This document shows positions 8,029 through 18,040 of a stretch of 64,000 bases of DNA, piece after piece. Within the stretch, counting starts at the first letter, position 1, and each line of letters starts with the position of its first letter. Both the position numbers and the translations under genes were made by a program. The notes under the pieces are model-generated. The model saw only the letters and a list, made by a program, of their open reading frames with translations, made no database searches and was not told the DNA's origin. Origin of the DNA: Mantamonas sphyraenae STR306 (lineage: Eukaryota > Protista > CRuMs). The stretch lies in contig JAPMXV010000060.1 of NCBI GenBank assembly GCA_026936335.1, forward strand, positions 124,001 through 188,000. Reading direction: 5' to 3'.

Positions 8029-11000
8029 ATGTCGCATCGGTTGTTGTCCAAGGGAAAGGGCAAGGGCAAGGGAAAGGGCAAAACGGAGAACAAATATGGG
8101 ACGTTGAAACGGGTCAAACTGCAAAGCCAGGAAGGCGGTGTGGAGCGGCGGTGGAAGCGGAGCATGAGCTCGTCCGAGACGAAACTTGCGATCGAGGCTC
8201 GGTATGCACGAATGAAAGCGGACCGGGAAAGGTTGAATGCAGAGGTGAGTGCGTGGACGAGCATGTGTGCGGTTGCAATACAGAGTTCAGACGCACGAGT
8301 GGCGAGCGGGACGGTGGGAAAGGAGGAGCAAGAGGGATGAAGCGTCCATTGGACGGTCGGTGCGGGGTTTTTGCTTTTGGCCAGCTGACACGTGGGACAC
8401 CACACCCGGGCTGGGGCATGGGATGGCCACACAGCTGAGTGCACGTTCGACATTCGAGTTTGAAATCACGAAAATCAACAAGCATGGGTTTGAACAGACG
8501 CACAAGCGAGTGCTGGAGCTGCAGCTGCAGCGTGGAACCATTGTCGTGTACAAAGAGGCAAAGAAAGAGGGCAAAGAAACACGCACCATGGCGGACGGGC
8601 GCATTGTGTTGCGTGAACGTGTGTACCAATCCAAACACCTGCTGGAGTTGGAGAAGAGTGTGCTCGACCCTCTGCGTGTGCGTCTGCTCATCACCACGCG
8701 CAAAACGCCCGCAGTGTATGCCTTTGGCAGCATGCAGGAGAGGGAACTGGCCTTTCAGGTGCTGAAAACCATGCAGAAGTTGAACCATTGGAATCATGTG
8801 GTGGCACGTCACCTGCCGGACTTTACCCTGGGAACCATGCAGACACCGATCGAGCCCGAACAGGGTTCCAGCAGTGGTCCACGCGGCCGTGAAGGCGCAA
8901 GCAATGGCAATGGGGAGGAGGGAAACGAACGCGGTGAGGACGAGGACGAGGAGGAGTACAACAGCGACGAGGAGCATGTGGACGTGGAAGCTCTGGAAGC
9001 AGAAGAAGCTCGATTGGGCAGCAGCAGCAGTGGCAGCACACCGTCTGTGCTTGTGAGTGTGCCAGAAGAGGAGGAGAGCAGCAGCGAGATGAAGGAGGGG
9101 TCATCATCAGAGGGAAGCGCATCGACGTCGGGGGCGAGGGAGAAGCGCAGCGGAAGCAAGTCGAGCAAACGAGGACGCAGTGGGTCGGAACTACTGGAGG
9201 ATGCGCTGCGAGGGGCAATGCACACCATGGGAGGAGGAGTGGAGTTGCAAACAAGCACAGAAAAGACACGCAAACAGGGAGACGTGAGCAAGGGGAGCAC
9301 GACGTCGATCCTGCTGGGCGAGGCAATCAGCGAGACACTGCAGATGGCAGGAAACAACCTTCACATCAAGTTGGATGGGGAAGGGAGCACGACAATGAGC
9401 ACAAGCGGAAGCTCAACACGCACGTCGTCGAGGTCGCCATCGCCATCGGCATCGGGTAGCAATGGCAGCAGCAGCCTGTCTGTTGAGGGAGCCGGTGAGG
9501 GCAAGAGAGGACGTGCAAGCAGTCTGAACGTAGAGACAGAAGTGCAGGTGGAGGTGGAAGGTGGAGGCACGGGCCAGGAGGGAGTGACACGTACACACGA
9601 GCTGTTTACGCTGTTTGTGGGCTCGTGGAATCTGGGCAATGCACACGGGCCGGATGACATGAGTGCATGGCTGCCGAGCACAAAGGAGAGCAACACCGAC
9701 TTGGTGGTGGTGGGTGCGCAGGAGTGCGAGTATCCTGCGACACACGGATACACGACGTGCGAATCGGACTGGTTTGGGAAGATTGAAGCACACATGGGTG
9801 CGGAGTACGCACGTGTGGCGAGCATGTCGATGTGGGAAATCAGACTGATTGTTCTGATTCGCAAGAGCAAGATGAACAAGGTGACCAATGTGCAAAAGGC
9901 CAGCGTGGGCACTGGGATCGGCAACACGTTGGGCAACAAGGGAGCGGTGGGCATCTCGTTCTGCCTCAACGAGACGTCACTGAGTTTTGTGACGGCCCAC
10001 CTAGCAGCACACCAGAACAAGGTGGCAGCACGCGAGGAAGACTTTGTGTCGATCATCAAGAGTCTGAAACTGGGGAGCAACAACGACCTGGATTTGGTGC
10101 CTGCGAAATTCCACCACCTGTTCTTCTTTGGCGACCTGAACTATCGCATCGACATGTCGCGAGAGTCTGTGTTGGCATTGATTGAGGACAAACAGTGGGA
10201 CATCCTGCAGAGCAACGACCAGCTGCTCAAGGTACGGCAGTCGCACGAACTGTACGGCGGGTTTGAGGAGGGAAACATCCGGTTTGCGCCGACATACAAG
10301 ATGGAACGTAACCAGGAGCTTGTGTACACGGCGAAAAAGTCACGCATCCCATCGTACTGCGATCGCATCATGTGGTTGTCCATGCCTGGATTCTCGGACC
10401 ACATGCAACAGGTGAGCTACGATGCAGCCACGAGTCTGAGCACCAGTGACCACAAACCAGTGGCGGCTGTGTTTGAAATGGCCACAGTGCTGGGCGAGAC
10501 GCTGGATGTGGATGCCAACGGCGTGCTGAACCACCCGGTGCCATTCGACTGCAGGCCCGATCCGGAGGGGGCTGCGGTGGAGCACCTTGTGGTGCACTTT
10601 AGCGATGTGTTTGCAGAGAGCCTGGTGCTTCCGTTGGGAGGCGGGAACACACGTTTGCAGGTGGAAATGCGCGCCGATTTCCTGCTGGAGCCGACGGTGC
10701 GATCGCGCACGACGGCCGCGGCCAACTCGCTGACGTTTACAGAGGACACCTTTTCCATGCTGTTTCCCTGGGTGCACAATGCACAGTATCTGGCCAAGCA
10801 GCACGTGACGGTCATTCTGCACGAGTTGGAGGGCAGCAAGGACCGTGTGGTGGGGGTGGGAGTGGTGGCCCTGCAAAACGCAGACGTGGCCAGTCAGATC
10901 TTTGCCTGCACCCTGTACGACCACGGCAAGGTGGCAGGCGAACTCATGGGTGAGGTGTCCATTGTATCGCGTCGTTCGTTTGCCGCCAAACGCAAGGGGG

Positions 11001-11176
11001 GTGGCGAGGACGCAGGAGGAGGAGGAGGAGAAGCAGGAGATGCGGCAACCACCGACGCCGACGGCGGTGAAGAATCGCAGGAGGAAGAAGAGTCGGATGA
11101 GTCCGAGTATGAGGATGAGTCGGATGGCCAAGAGGAGTTGTCAATGGTTGAGCAATTGAAAGCAGAGAAGCTCTGA
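8029..11176 (+). CDS. Inositol polyphosphate 5-phosphatase (PH-like + IPPc + C2-like; SHIP-like without SH2), join(8029..8244,8435..11176), ~985 aa
   Basis: Catalytic motifs FVGSWNLGN, VGAQE, GNKGAV, FFFGDLNYRI, PSYCDRIMW, SDHKPV. Phase-0 intron GTGAGT (8245)..CTGAC..ACAG (8434) joins the 8029 ORF in frame. Confidence 0.92.
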
Positions 11177-11205
11177 TGGGAGCAGATCAATCAAATCCCC
11201 CAATC

Positions 11206-12162
11206 ATGTCGTCTGAGGAGGAGGAAGAGGTATTGGGACGCAAGGATGGTCTGCAAGCTTTGGCATCGGCCATGGCTGTGATTCGTTCGCCTCGGCGGAG
11301 AGTGCGACGGGGAATGGAGAGCGGGATGCAGCGTCAACGGGAGTTGCGTGTTGAAGTGCCTGCACAGCCTGCGCGGTACTCGCAGACACGCATGATCCGG
11401 TTGGCTGAGCCCAATGAGAACAAACCACGGGCGAGTGGGCAGCAGAGGACCAAGGATGGCGTCAAAGAGCCGCTGCGTGTGGATGTGCCAGAGCAGCCAC
11501 GCCGTTTCCAAAACCACCAGCTCGTGCAGCTGCAGGGGACGCCCGAGGTGGAGAGCGACAGGGAGGAAGGGGAGCACAACGACAAAGAGGGTGGAGAGGA
11601 AGAGGAGAAAGATACACGGCGTCCGTTGAGCGTGGAGGTGCCGCAGAGGAAATCCAAGTACACGGTGGAGGAGATCCAAGGGACGCCAGAACGCAGGAGA
11701 CGCAAGAAGAAGACGAAGAAACGGGTGGTGGAAGCAAAGGTGGACACACGATTGAACAGAAATCTGGTGTTGCCCAACATCCGAGCGGGCAAGCTGGCGT
11801 CACAGGCGGAGTTGTCGCGCAACGGTGAGCAACGGCTGCAGACAAGCGACGCCACCAAGGGCAAAAGCACACAGGAAACTTCATCTCAGGGCCAACGTGG
11901 CTCGCAAAGGGTCACACAGGGCACGAAGAGTGTGGTGTATCGTGTGCCACAGCGTCACAAGCCGTTCACTCGCTACCGGGAGTTCCAGACACTGGAAGAG
12001 AGCACTCCGGGCACCTCGTTGCAGGCAAGTGTCCGTTACGTGGACCCAGTGATGCTGGCCAAGGAGAGAGATCGCAAGACACGACGGCAGTTTGTGGGAG
12101 GACGCGATTGGCAGTCGCCAAGTCGCAAACCCAAGGATCTGATCAAAACGCAGCTGCTGTGA
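11206..12162 (+). CDS. Hypothetical charged, disordered protein with internal motif repeats (alternative start 11176)
   Basis: Coherent ORF with coding-like composition and four related motifs (LRVEVPAQP, LRVDVPEQP, LSVEVPQRK, VYRVPQRH). No family recognised. Confidence 0.65.
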   Translation: MSSEEEEEVLGRKDGLQALASAMAVIRSPRRRVRRGMESGMQRQRELRVEVPAQPARYSQTRMIRLAEPNENKPRASGQQRTKDGVKEPLRVDVPEQPRRFQNHQLVQLQGTPEVESDREEGEHNDKEGGEEEEKDTRRPLSVEVPQRKSKYTVEEIQGTPERRRRKKKTKKRVVEAKVDTRLNRNLVLPNIRAGKLASQAELSRNGEQRLQTSDATKGKSTQETSSQGQRGSQRVTQGTKSVVYRVPQRHKPFTRYREFQTLEESTPGTSLQASVRYVDPVMLAKERDRKTRRQFVGGRDWQSPSRKPKDLIKTQLL

Positions 12163-12234
12163 CGGAAATTGTACATGTTTCATGTTCCACTTGGAGATTG
12201 CCATCCCCTCCTCCTGTGCCCCTTCCCCACCTTT

Positions 12235-13784
12235 TCAAAACGCCATCTCCCGCTGAATCTTGTTGAGTACATCGCAGGCAGGGAGCCTGCTCTGGCGGGC
12301 CTCACGAATTTTGACGTCGCGGATGTTGCTGGGATAGGTGCGCGCCCTGTTGATCTGCAGTTGAACCTGCCTTCGCTCGTGGTAGCAGTCTGTTTGGACC
12401 TGGTTGCGGTACACGCGTGTGATCTGCTCTTCCATGCGTGCTATCTGCTCCTGCGTGTGTTCCTGGTCAAAGCCAGGCTTAACATAGTACTTGATGCCCG
12501 GCAGGATGGAGCCGCGTCCGCGTGCGGCGTCCAGAAAGCCCGTCTGGCGTTCCACAGAGTAGACCGAGGTGCGCAGCAACGAGTGCGCCGGTTCGTTGCT
12601 GCTGCTGCCTCCCAACATGGCAAAGAGCAGCAGCATGATCAATGGCAGGAATTGAACCAGGTTGAAGTAGGTCGCCGGTTCCTGACGTCGTGTGTTGCGT
12701 CGCGTGGCACGGAAAAAGAACTCGTTCAGCAGATCCTCAGGCGTGAACGCCTCCCCGTGGAACGCATGCCCACGTGCAAACCGAGGGTCCATGAACGGAT
12801 GGCCCGCACCGCCAAACCCACGCCTTCCAAACCCCTGGTTTTGTTCCGCCTGGTCGGTGTCGTCGCCTGTTTGGTCGTAGATTTCCCGCTTTCGTGGATC
12901 CGTCAGCGTGGCGTTTGCCTTGCTCAACTCTGGTTTGGGGTTGTTTTTGTCACGTACCACACCCTTCCATGTCAGTGGCTCTGTCTCTATCTCTCCGTCT
13001 CCATGGCCATTGACTCCTCATGTGGCCCACTTCCTCCTCCCTCTCTCCTTTCCCGTCTCCCAAGCCTACTCTTGAATGCGTCCACCGCCTTTGCCTCTTT
13101 GTTCTTGTCCGGGTGAACCAGTCGCGACAGCTGTGCTCGTGTGCGTGTTGCGTGTGTCCCCATTCGCACATACCAGAGCGCACGTGTGTGTGTGTGAGTG
13201 TGTGTGAGTGTGTGTGTGTGTGTGTGTGAGCTGGCTGTAGACAGAGGCCGGCGGAATGACGTGGTGAGCCTCACCTTGCGGAAAGCCCGCTTGATTGTGT
13301 TTTCGTCTGCGTCTCGTGCCACACCCAGCACCTCGTAGGGTCCCTTGGCTCGCATGATGCTGGCTACAGCAGCTTTCTGTTGCTGCTCATTGTTGGCAGC
13401 CGTCTTGGCTTTGGCCTGCTCCTTGGCAGCCTTGCGCGCTGCCGAGCCGTTCGACCCGGCCGACGTGGACGAGCCCTCGCTTGCCACACTGCTGGCACTG
13501 CTGCCAGGTCCACTGCTTGCTCCCTTGCGCTTGCGCAACCCTTCGTCACTCGCATGCTTCCTACTCCCGCTGCTGCTGCTGCTCCCTGAGGAGGAGGAGG
13601 AGGAAGAGGAGGAGGACCCGCCGCTGCGACGATCCAACTTGGCTTGGATCTTTCCCGCCAACCGCAGCGCATCCCGGTTCTCCGCATCCAACTTGAGCGC
13701 CTTTTTCACGTTGCGTGCCGCTTCCACCAGATCCCCCTGGTCGTAGGCGTCTTGCGCAGCGTAAAAGGCGTCTTGGGAGGACAT
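12235..13784 (-). CDS. DNAJB12: DnaJ homolog subfamily B member 12/14 (J-domain + TM + DUF1977), complement(join(12235..12929,13070..13130,13275..13784)), ~421 aa
   Basis: Splicing rebuilds the J-domain YEVLGV...IKRAFRK|LSRLVHPDKNKEAKAVDAFK|KLSKANATLTDP..REIYDQ. It is followed by FTPEDLLNEFF, the TM segment QFLPLIMLLLFAML and a DUF1977-like YYVK...C...C tail. Both introns are GT-AG and preserve frame. Confidence 0.9.
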
Positions 13785-13890
13785 TTGCGGTGGGTGAGTG
13801 GCCGTCGTTTCCTGTCCGCCGCCTCGACCAAACCCACCCACCCACCCCCACACTCCAAATCACCCACCTTACCTCCTTCCAAGCATCACA

Positions 13891-14924
13891 ATGAGTGTGG
13901 GCAACGAATCGCTGCTCGACGTGGTGATTGAACAGATGGGCAAGCGGGGACGCGATCAGGAAGAGACCATCGACCGCATTGTTTACGTCGCCCGCGTGTC
14001 AGATACCCTCAAGTCCAAGAACCAACTTGGAGGTATGTGCTTTCCTCTATGCTTCCATGCGTCGTTGGAACCCGTTTTGCCTGCCCCCTTCTGCCTCTTG
14101 CCGTTGCGTATCGCGTGCAAACGCTCACCTCCTCCACACCCCCAAACACAAACAGAGCACTATGCTCGCTTCTACACAGAAACAGCGTCGCAGGGCGTGG
14201 TCACTGGCCTGTTGATGGTCATGGGATCGTATTGTGTGCACTACCTGGAGGCACCGGGCCCTGTGATTGTTGATTTGCTGCAGGAGCTGGTTGAGGACGA
14301 GCCCTACTTGCTCCCCAAGGTCATTTCCAACATCAAGATCCTGGCCCACACAGAGGACGTCGACGACCGCTCCTTCTCTCTGTGGACCCACCGTGTCATC
14401 CAGGGCATCTCATCCGATGCCTACTACGAGGACACCTCTCAGTCTCTTTCCGAGGCGGTACGTTGCCTCCACGGCCAACGGTCGTTTCCCCACCCAGCGT
14501 TTCCGCTCAAGTGCTTCCCACTCACACAGCCCCTCTAACACCGCGGAAACCCCGTCGCCACAGATGGCAAAATGTTACATAGGCATCAAGAAGCTGGGCC
14601 ACAAGTTGTCCATGCATCACAAGGTGAGTGTGTGGTGGTTTCTGCGTGCGCCCAACCCCGTCTCTCTTCCTGTCCCGCATTGCTTACCCATGCCCCCTTG
14701 CGGTCCTCCTTCTCACCTCCTTTCAGAACGAGTGGAAGGGCATTCTCGATTCGGCACGGATGAAAATGCCGGAGCTGCTGCCGTCGCACGAGCTGCTAGA
14801 ACGTGTGCTCGAAGCCAAGGACGTCATGGACGTGCCCACCTTTCTCGAACTGGCCACAAACACAGTCGACATTACTCTCGACAGCGAGATTGTGTGGCCC
14901 ATCCCAGAGACATTGCATGTGTGA
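13891..14924 (+). CDS. TEX47: TEX47/DYBLUP(MOT7)-type BLUF-like ciliary protein, join(13891..14032,14156..14457,14564..14623,14727..14924), ~233 aa
   Basis: Motifs SLLD, RIVYVA, VTGLLMV..SYCVHYLEA, KIL...EDV..RSFSLW, PELLP and the C-terminal DITLDSEIVWP typical of this family. Three GT-AG introns preserve frame. Confidence 0.8.
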
Positions 14925-14956
14925 CAATGGACCTCGTTGTTTTCATTCCAGTCCTG

Positions 14957-16512
14957 TCAGCCCTCGGTGAACACCTTGTCGCTCTCCACCATCAGATCCT
15001 TCCACGTCGACGCCAACGACCCTCGCACATTGGATGGCTCTTGGTTCAACACTCGCCAATCGACATCGTCCTTCTCCTTGCCCTCCAGCAGTGCTGCGTC
15101 CTCCTGCCAACTGTACAATTGAGCACCCGTGCCACCGCTCCAAGGATCTGCAAAACGGGGGTTACGTGTGTGCATGTGTGTTAGCAACCCCATCCCTTGC
15201 CCCATCCCCATCGATCCATGGCCACACACCTCTGCCCTCGCCATTCCCTCCACACCCTCACCCACACCCACAACGCACTGATTTCAATCAACCACACACG
15301 GTCGTCCACCACTGCAAAGTCCACCACAGCGTTGTCCAGCTGCAGCTTGTCTCGCACATGGTTGTTGAAAAAGGTTTCCATCTGCTCCACCAGGTGTGGC
15401 ATCTGTGCCTCCAGCTCCTCAAAGTATGTCAGGCAATAGTACTGCGACAACGCCGTCAGCTTGCGTCCGTACACAAAGCCACGAAACTCCATCGACAGTG
15501 GAATCGGCTGCCACGCTCGCACGACAATCTGTGTGTTGAATGCCTGCTGCTCTTGTCCCTCTCCCTCCTCCTCGAGGCCATCCAACGCCAGTTCAAGATC
15601 CTCAAAGATCCTCTCGCTGTGCAGCAGCAGCACAAGCGCCTCCTCTCCACTCTCCACCTGATGGTCACATGATGATGGCAATGATGACAAAATAATGATG
15701 ATGCGTGTGAGTGAGTGATGGATTGACGACCGAGCGTGTGCACCCTCATTCCTCCACACATTCCTCCCACATACCTTCAACGCAGACAGCTGTGCCTCAA
15801 ACATGGCCACCAACCGCTCATTGTCCGACACATGTGTCTCTCCAGCCTGCTTGCGTGCCTGCATCTTGCTCAGAAACGTCTGCTTGAACTTGCGGTTTGC
15901 CAAGGTGACGTCCTTGGGACTGCGTGAGCTCATCTTGACGAATGCCCCGTGTTCCTTGCTCTTCTCCTCAAAGTAGGCCATGTGCTCATCAATTTGCGAT
16001 TGCAGTGTTTGCAGTGCCTCCCGGGTGTCCCGCGCACCCCCATCATCATCACCATCCAGCAAACCCACCAACCCGTCCACCGTGTCCAACAACCCGGCCT
16101 CTGTTTCCAATGAGTGCCCATCCAACCGGTTCACAAGCCCCTCCTCTCGGATTTGTTGGCTCATGTGTGATTTCAGTGCCGTGTGCACGTTTACAAAACG
16201 GCGTGCGTCGTCGGCACTGAGCTGCACGTAACGCGTTTCAAACGTGTGCTCCTCGTACGCCTCCAGCCACTCTTCGATGTTGGCCATGTGCACCCCCTTC
16301 TTGTAACTCATCACTTCCCTCTTGTCCACATACGCAGACTCGTCCGTCATCGGCGACGACCGGTCGTTCGAGCTCTGTCGTTCCAACTCCCCCGACTTTT
16401 TCAGCAGCGCCTCCAGGAACGACTGTGTGTGTGTGTGTGTGTGTGTGTCAGCATCCGTCTTTTCCCTTTCTCCATGCATCCCCAACCACCGTCCTCTCTC
16501 TGAACGCACCAT
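14957..16512 (-). CDS. CDC123/D123-like ATP-grasp protein, complement(join(14957..15147,15279..15657,15775..16422,16510..16512)), ~406 aa
   Basis: Motifs FVKMSSRSPKD, SERIFEDL, EFRGFVYGRKLTALSQY, VVDF, spliced WLIEI|NPW and TGAQLYSW. The two internal introns are well supported; the ATG-only first coding exon is inferred. Confidence 0.85.
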
Positions 16513-16552
16513 GGCACCCAACGAAACAACGAGAAACAATCACTTGGCAGCG

Positions 16553-17176
16553 ATGACGGCCCGTGCCGCGCTCATCGACTTGCTGGACCCGTCGTCGGCT
16601 GCCCAGGACGCCGTGGACGAACTGGGCGGCAACGAATGGCTAGACGACCAGCTGGTTGGCCAGGGGGCAGAAATCCTGCGGTACGACCTGGACACGGCGC
16701 AGGTGGTGCTGAAACGAGCGGATGCCGTGCCGCCGCACGAACCACGCACCACCACCTCGCACAGCAAACGTCAACGCAGCCTCGACCCAGGCACAGACAG
16801 CGCCTTTGTCATGCGTATCACACCCATGGCAGGTAGGCAAGAAGGAGAGGAGCAGGAGGTGGAGGACAATGACGTGTGGCAGACCACTGTACAGGCTGAG
16901 GTGACTCTGCGGTACGAAGCACCTTGGGCGGCGGGCATGGCTGTCTTGACAGTACACGACACACACACGCCCAAACACCATCTGCAGGGCAACATCCAGT
17001 ACCAGGCCCGCCTTCGTTCCCATTCCCCACCCAACATGTACGCGTATGGACCTGTCACCTTTATGGGCGAAGCCATGCGCAACGTCGCCACCCACGTTCT
17101 TCGCACTCGCAACATCCAGCACGACATCCCCACCACCGCTCTCACTACAGCCTCCACCACAGCCTCCTCCTCCTCC

Positions 17177-17209
<33 letters not shown>

Positions 17210-17992
17210 TCATCCTCCTCCTCATCCAAACGCTCTTCCTCCACCGGCAGCAGCGCAGCAAAGGCCCCGCAGCCCGAGTTTGATCCGGCCGCCATGACAC
17301 AGCCGCCCGAACCGCCGCCCGAACACCAGGCCGGGTACCTGGAATCCCACCAAAGCGAACTGGACACTCTTCGGGCCTTGTTTGACCCAGACCCGTGCGT
17401 GAGCACCGATCGCATCAAGCGTGAGGTGACACGCAAGCGATTGCGCGAAGCCCTGCCCTACGTGGCCTACAAAATGTCCTCGGGCTCCCCATTCAAGTTT
17501 TGTTACATGCGCTATGGGGCCATGCCCCACCTCGACCCATCCCTTGCCGTGTACCAAACCCTGGTGGTGCGTCTGGACAAGACCACCAGCAGCAAGGTGC
17601 AACTCTCCAACAAGAACCCCCCCAGGAACATCCAGAGGCAACAGGAACGCCTGCAAGTAATGCCCAGCAAGAATAGACTGGCCCTGTGTATTCATGACCT
17701 CGTCGACACCGTCGATGGCATCCGAACCCTCGCCGCAAACGTCACCTCCACCTTTGACCCCCACCAGAACGGCTGGTACTCTGCAGACACCCTTGATAGC
17801 ATGCGTGCTCTCATCAAAACACACATGGTCACCAAGTGCAAGCCCTGGACTCCCTCCGGTGTCCCCAAGCGTCCGCTGCCTTCACCTTCACCATCATCAT
17901 CCTCATCAGCCGACAACAACCACCCCGACGACGACGACGACGACGACGACGACAACAGCAACCATGCGTCCAAACGCCAACGAACAAGGTAA
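16553..17992 (+). CDS. GTF3C5: Divergent transcription factor IIIC subunit 5 (tau95/Tfc1)
   Basis: Tau95-like winged-helix region LRALFDPDP...LREALPYVAYKMSSGSPFKFCYMRYGAMPHLDPSLAVYQTL, then NGWYSADTLDSMR and an acidic tail. Start at 16553 or 16511. Confidence 0.72.
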
Positions 17993-18040
17993 TCCTTCTT
18001 CATTGTCTCCTCATTCTCTTTGTTCTCCCTCTCCTCCTGC

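Noticed and set aside
17164-17227. (TCC)n and other trinucleotide runs in coding regions
   Set aside because: Ordinary poly-Ser/Gln/Glu/Asp tracts found throughout the window.
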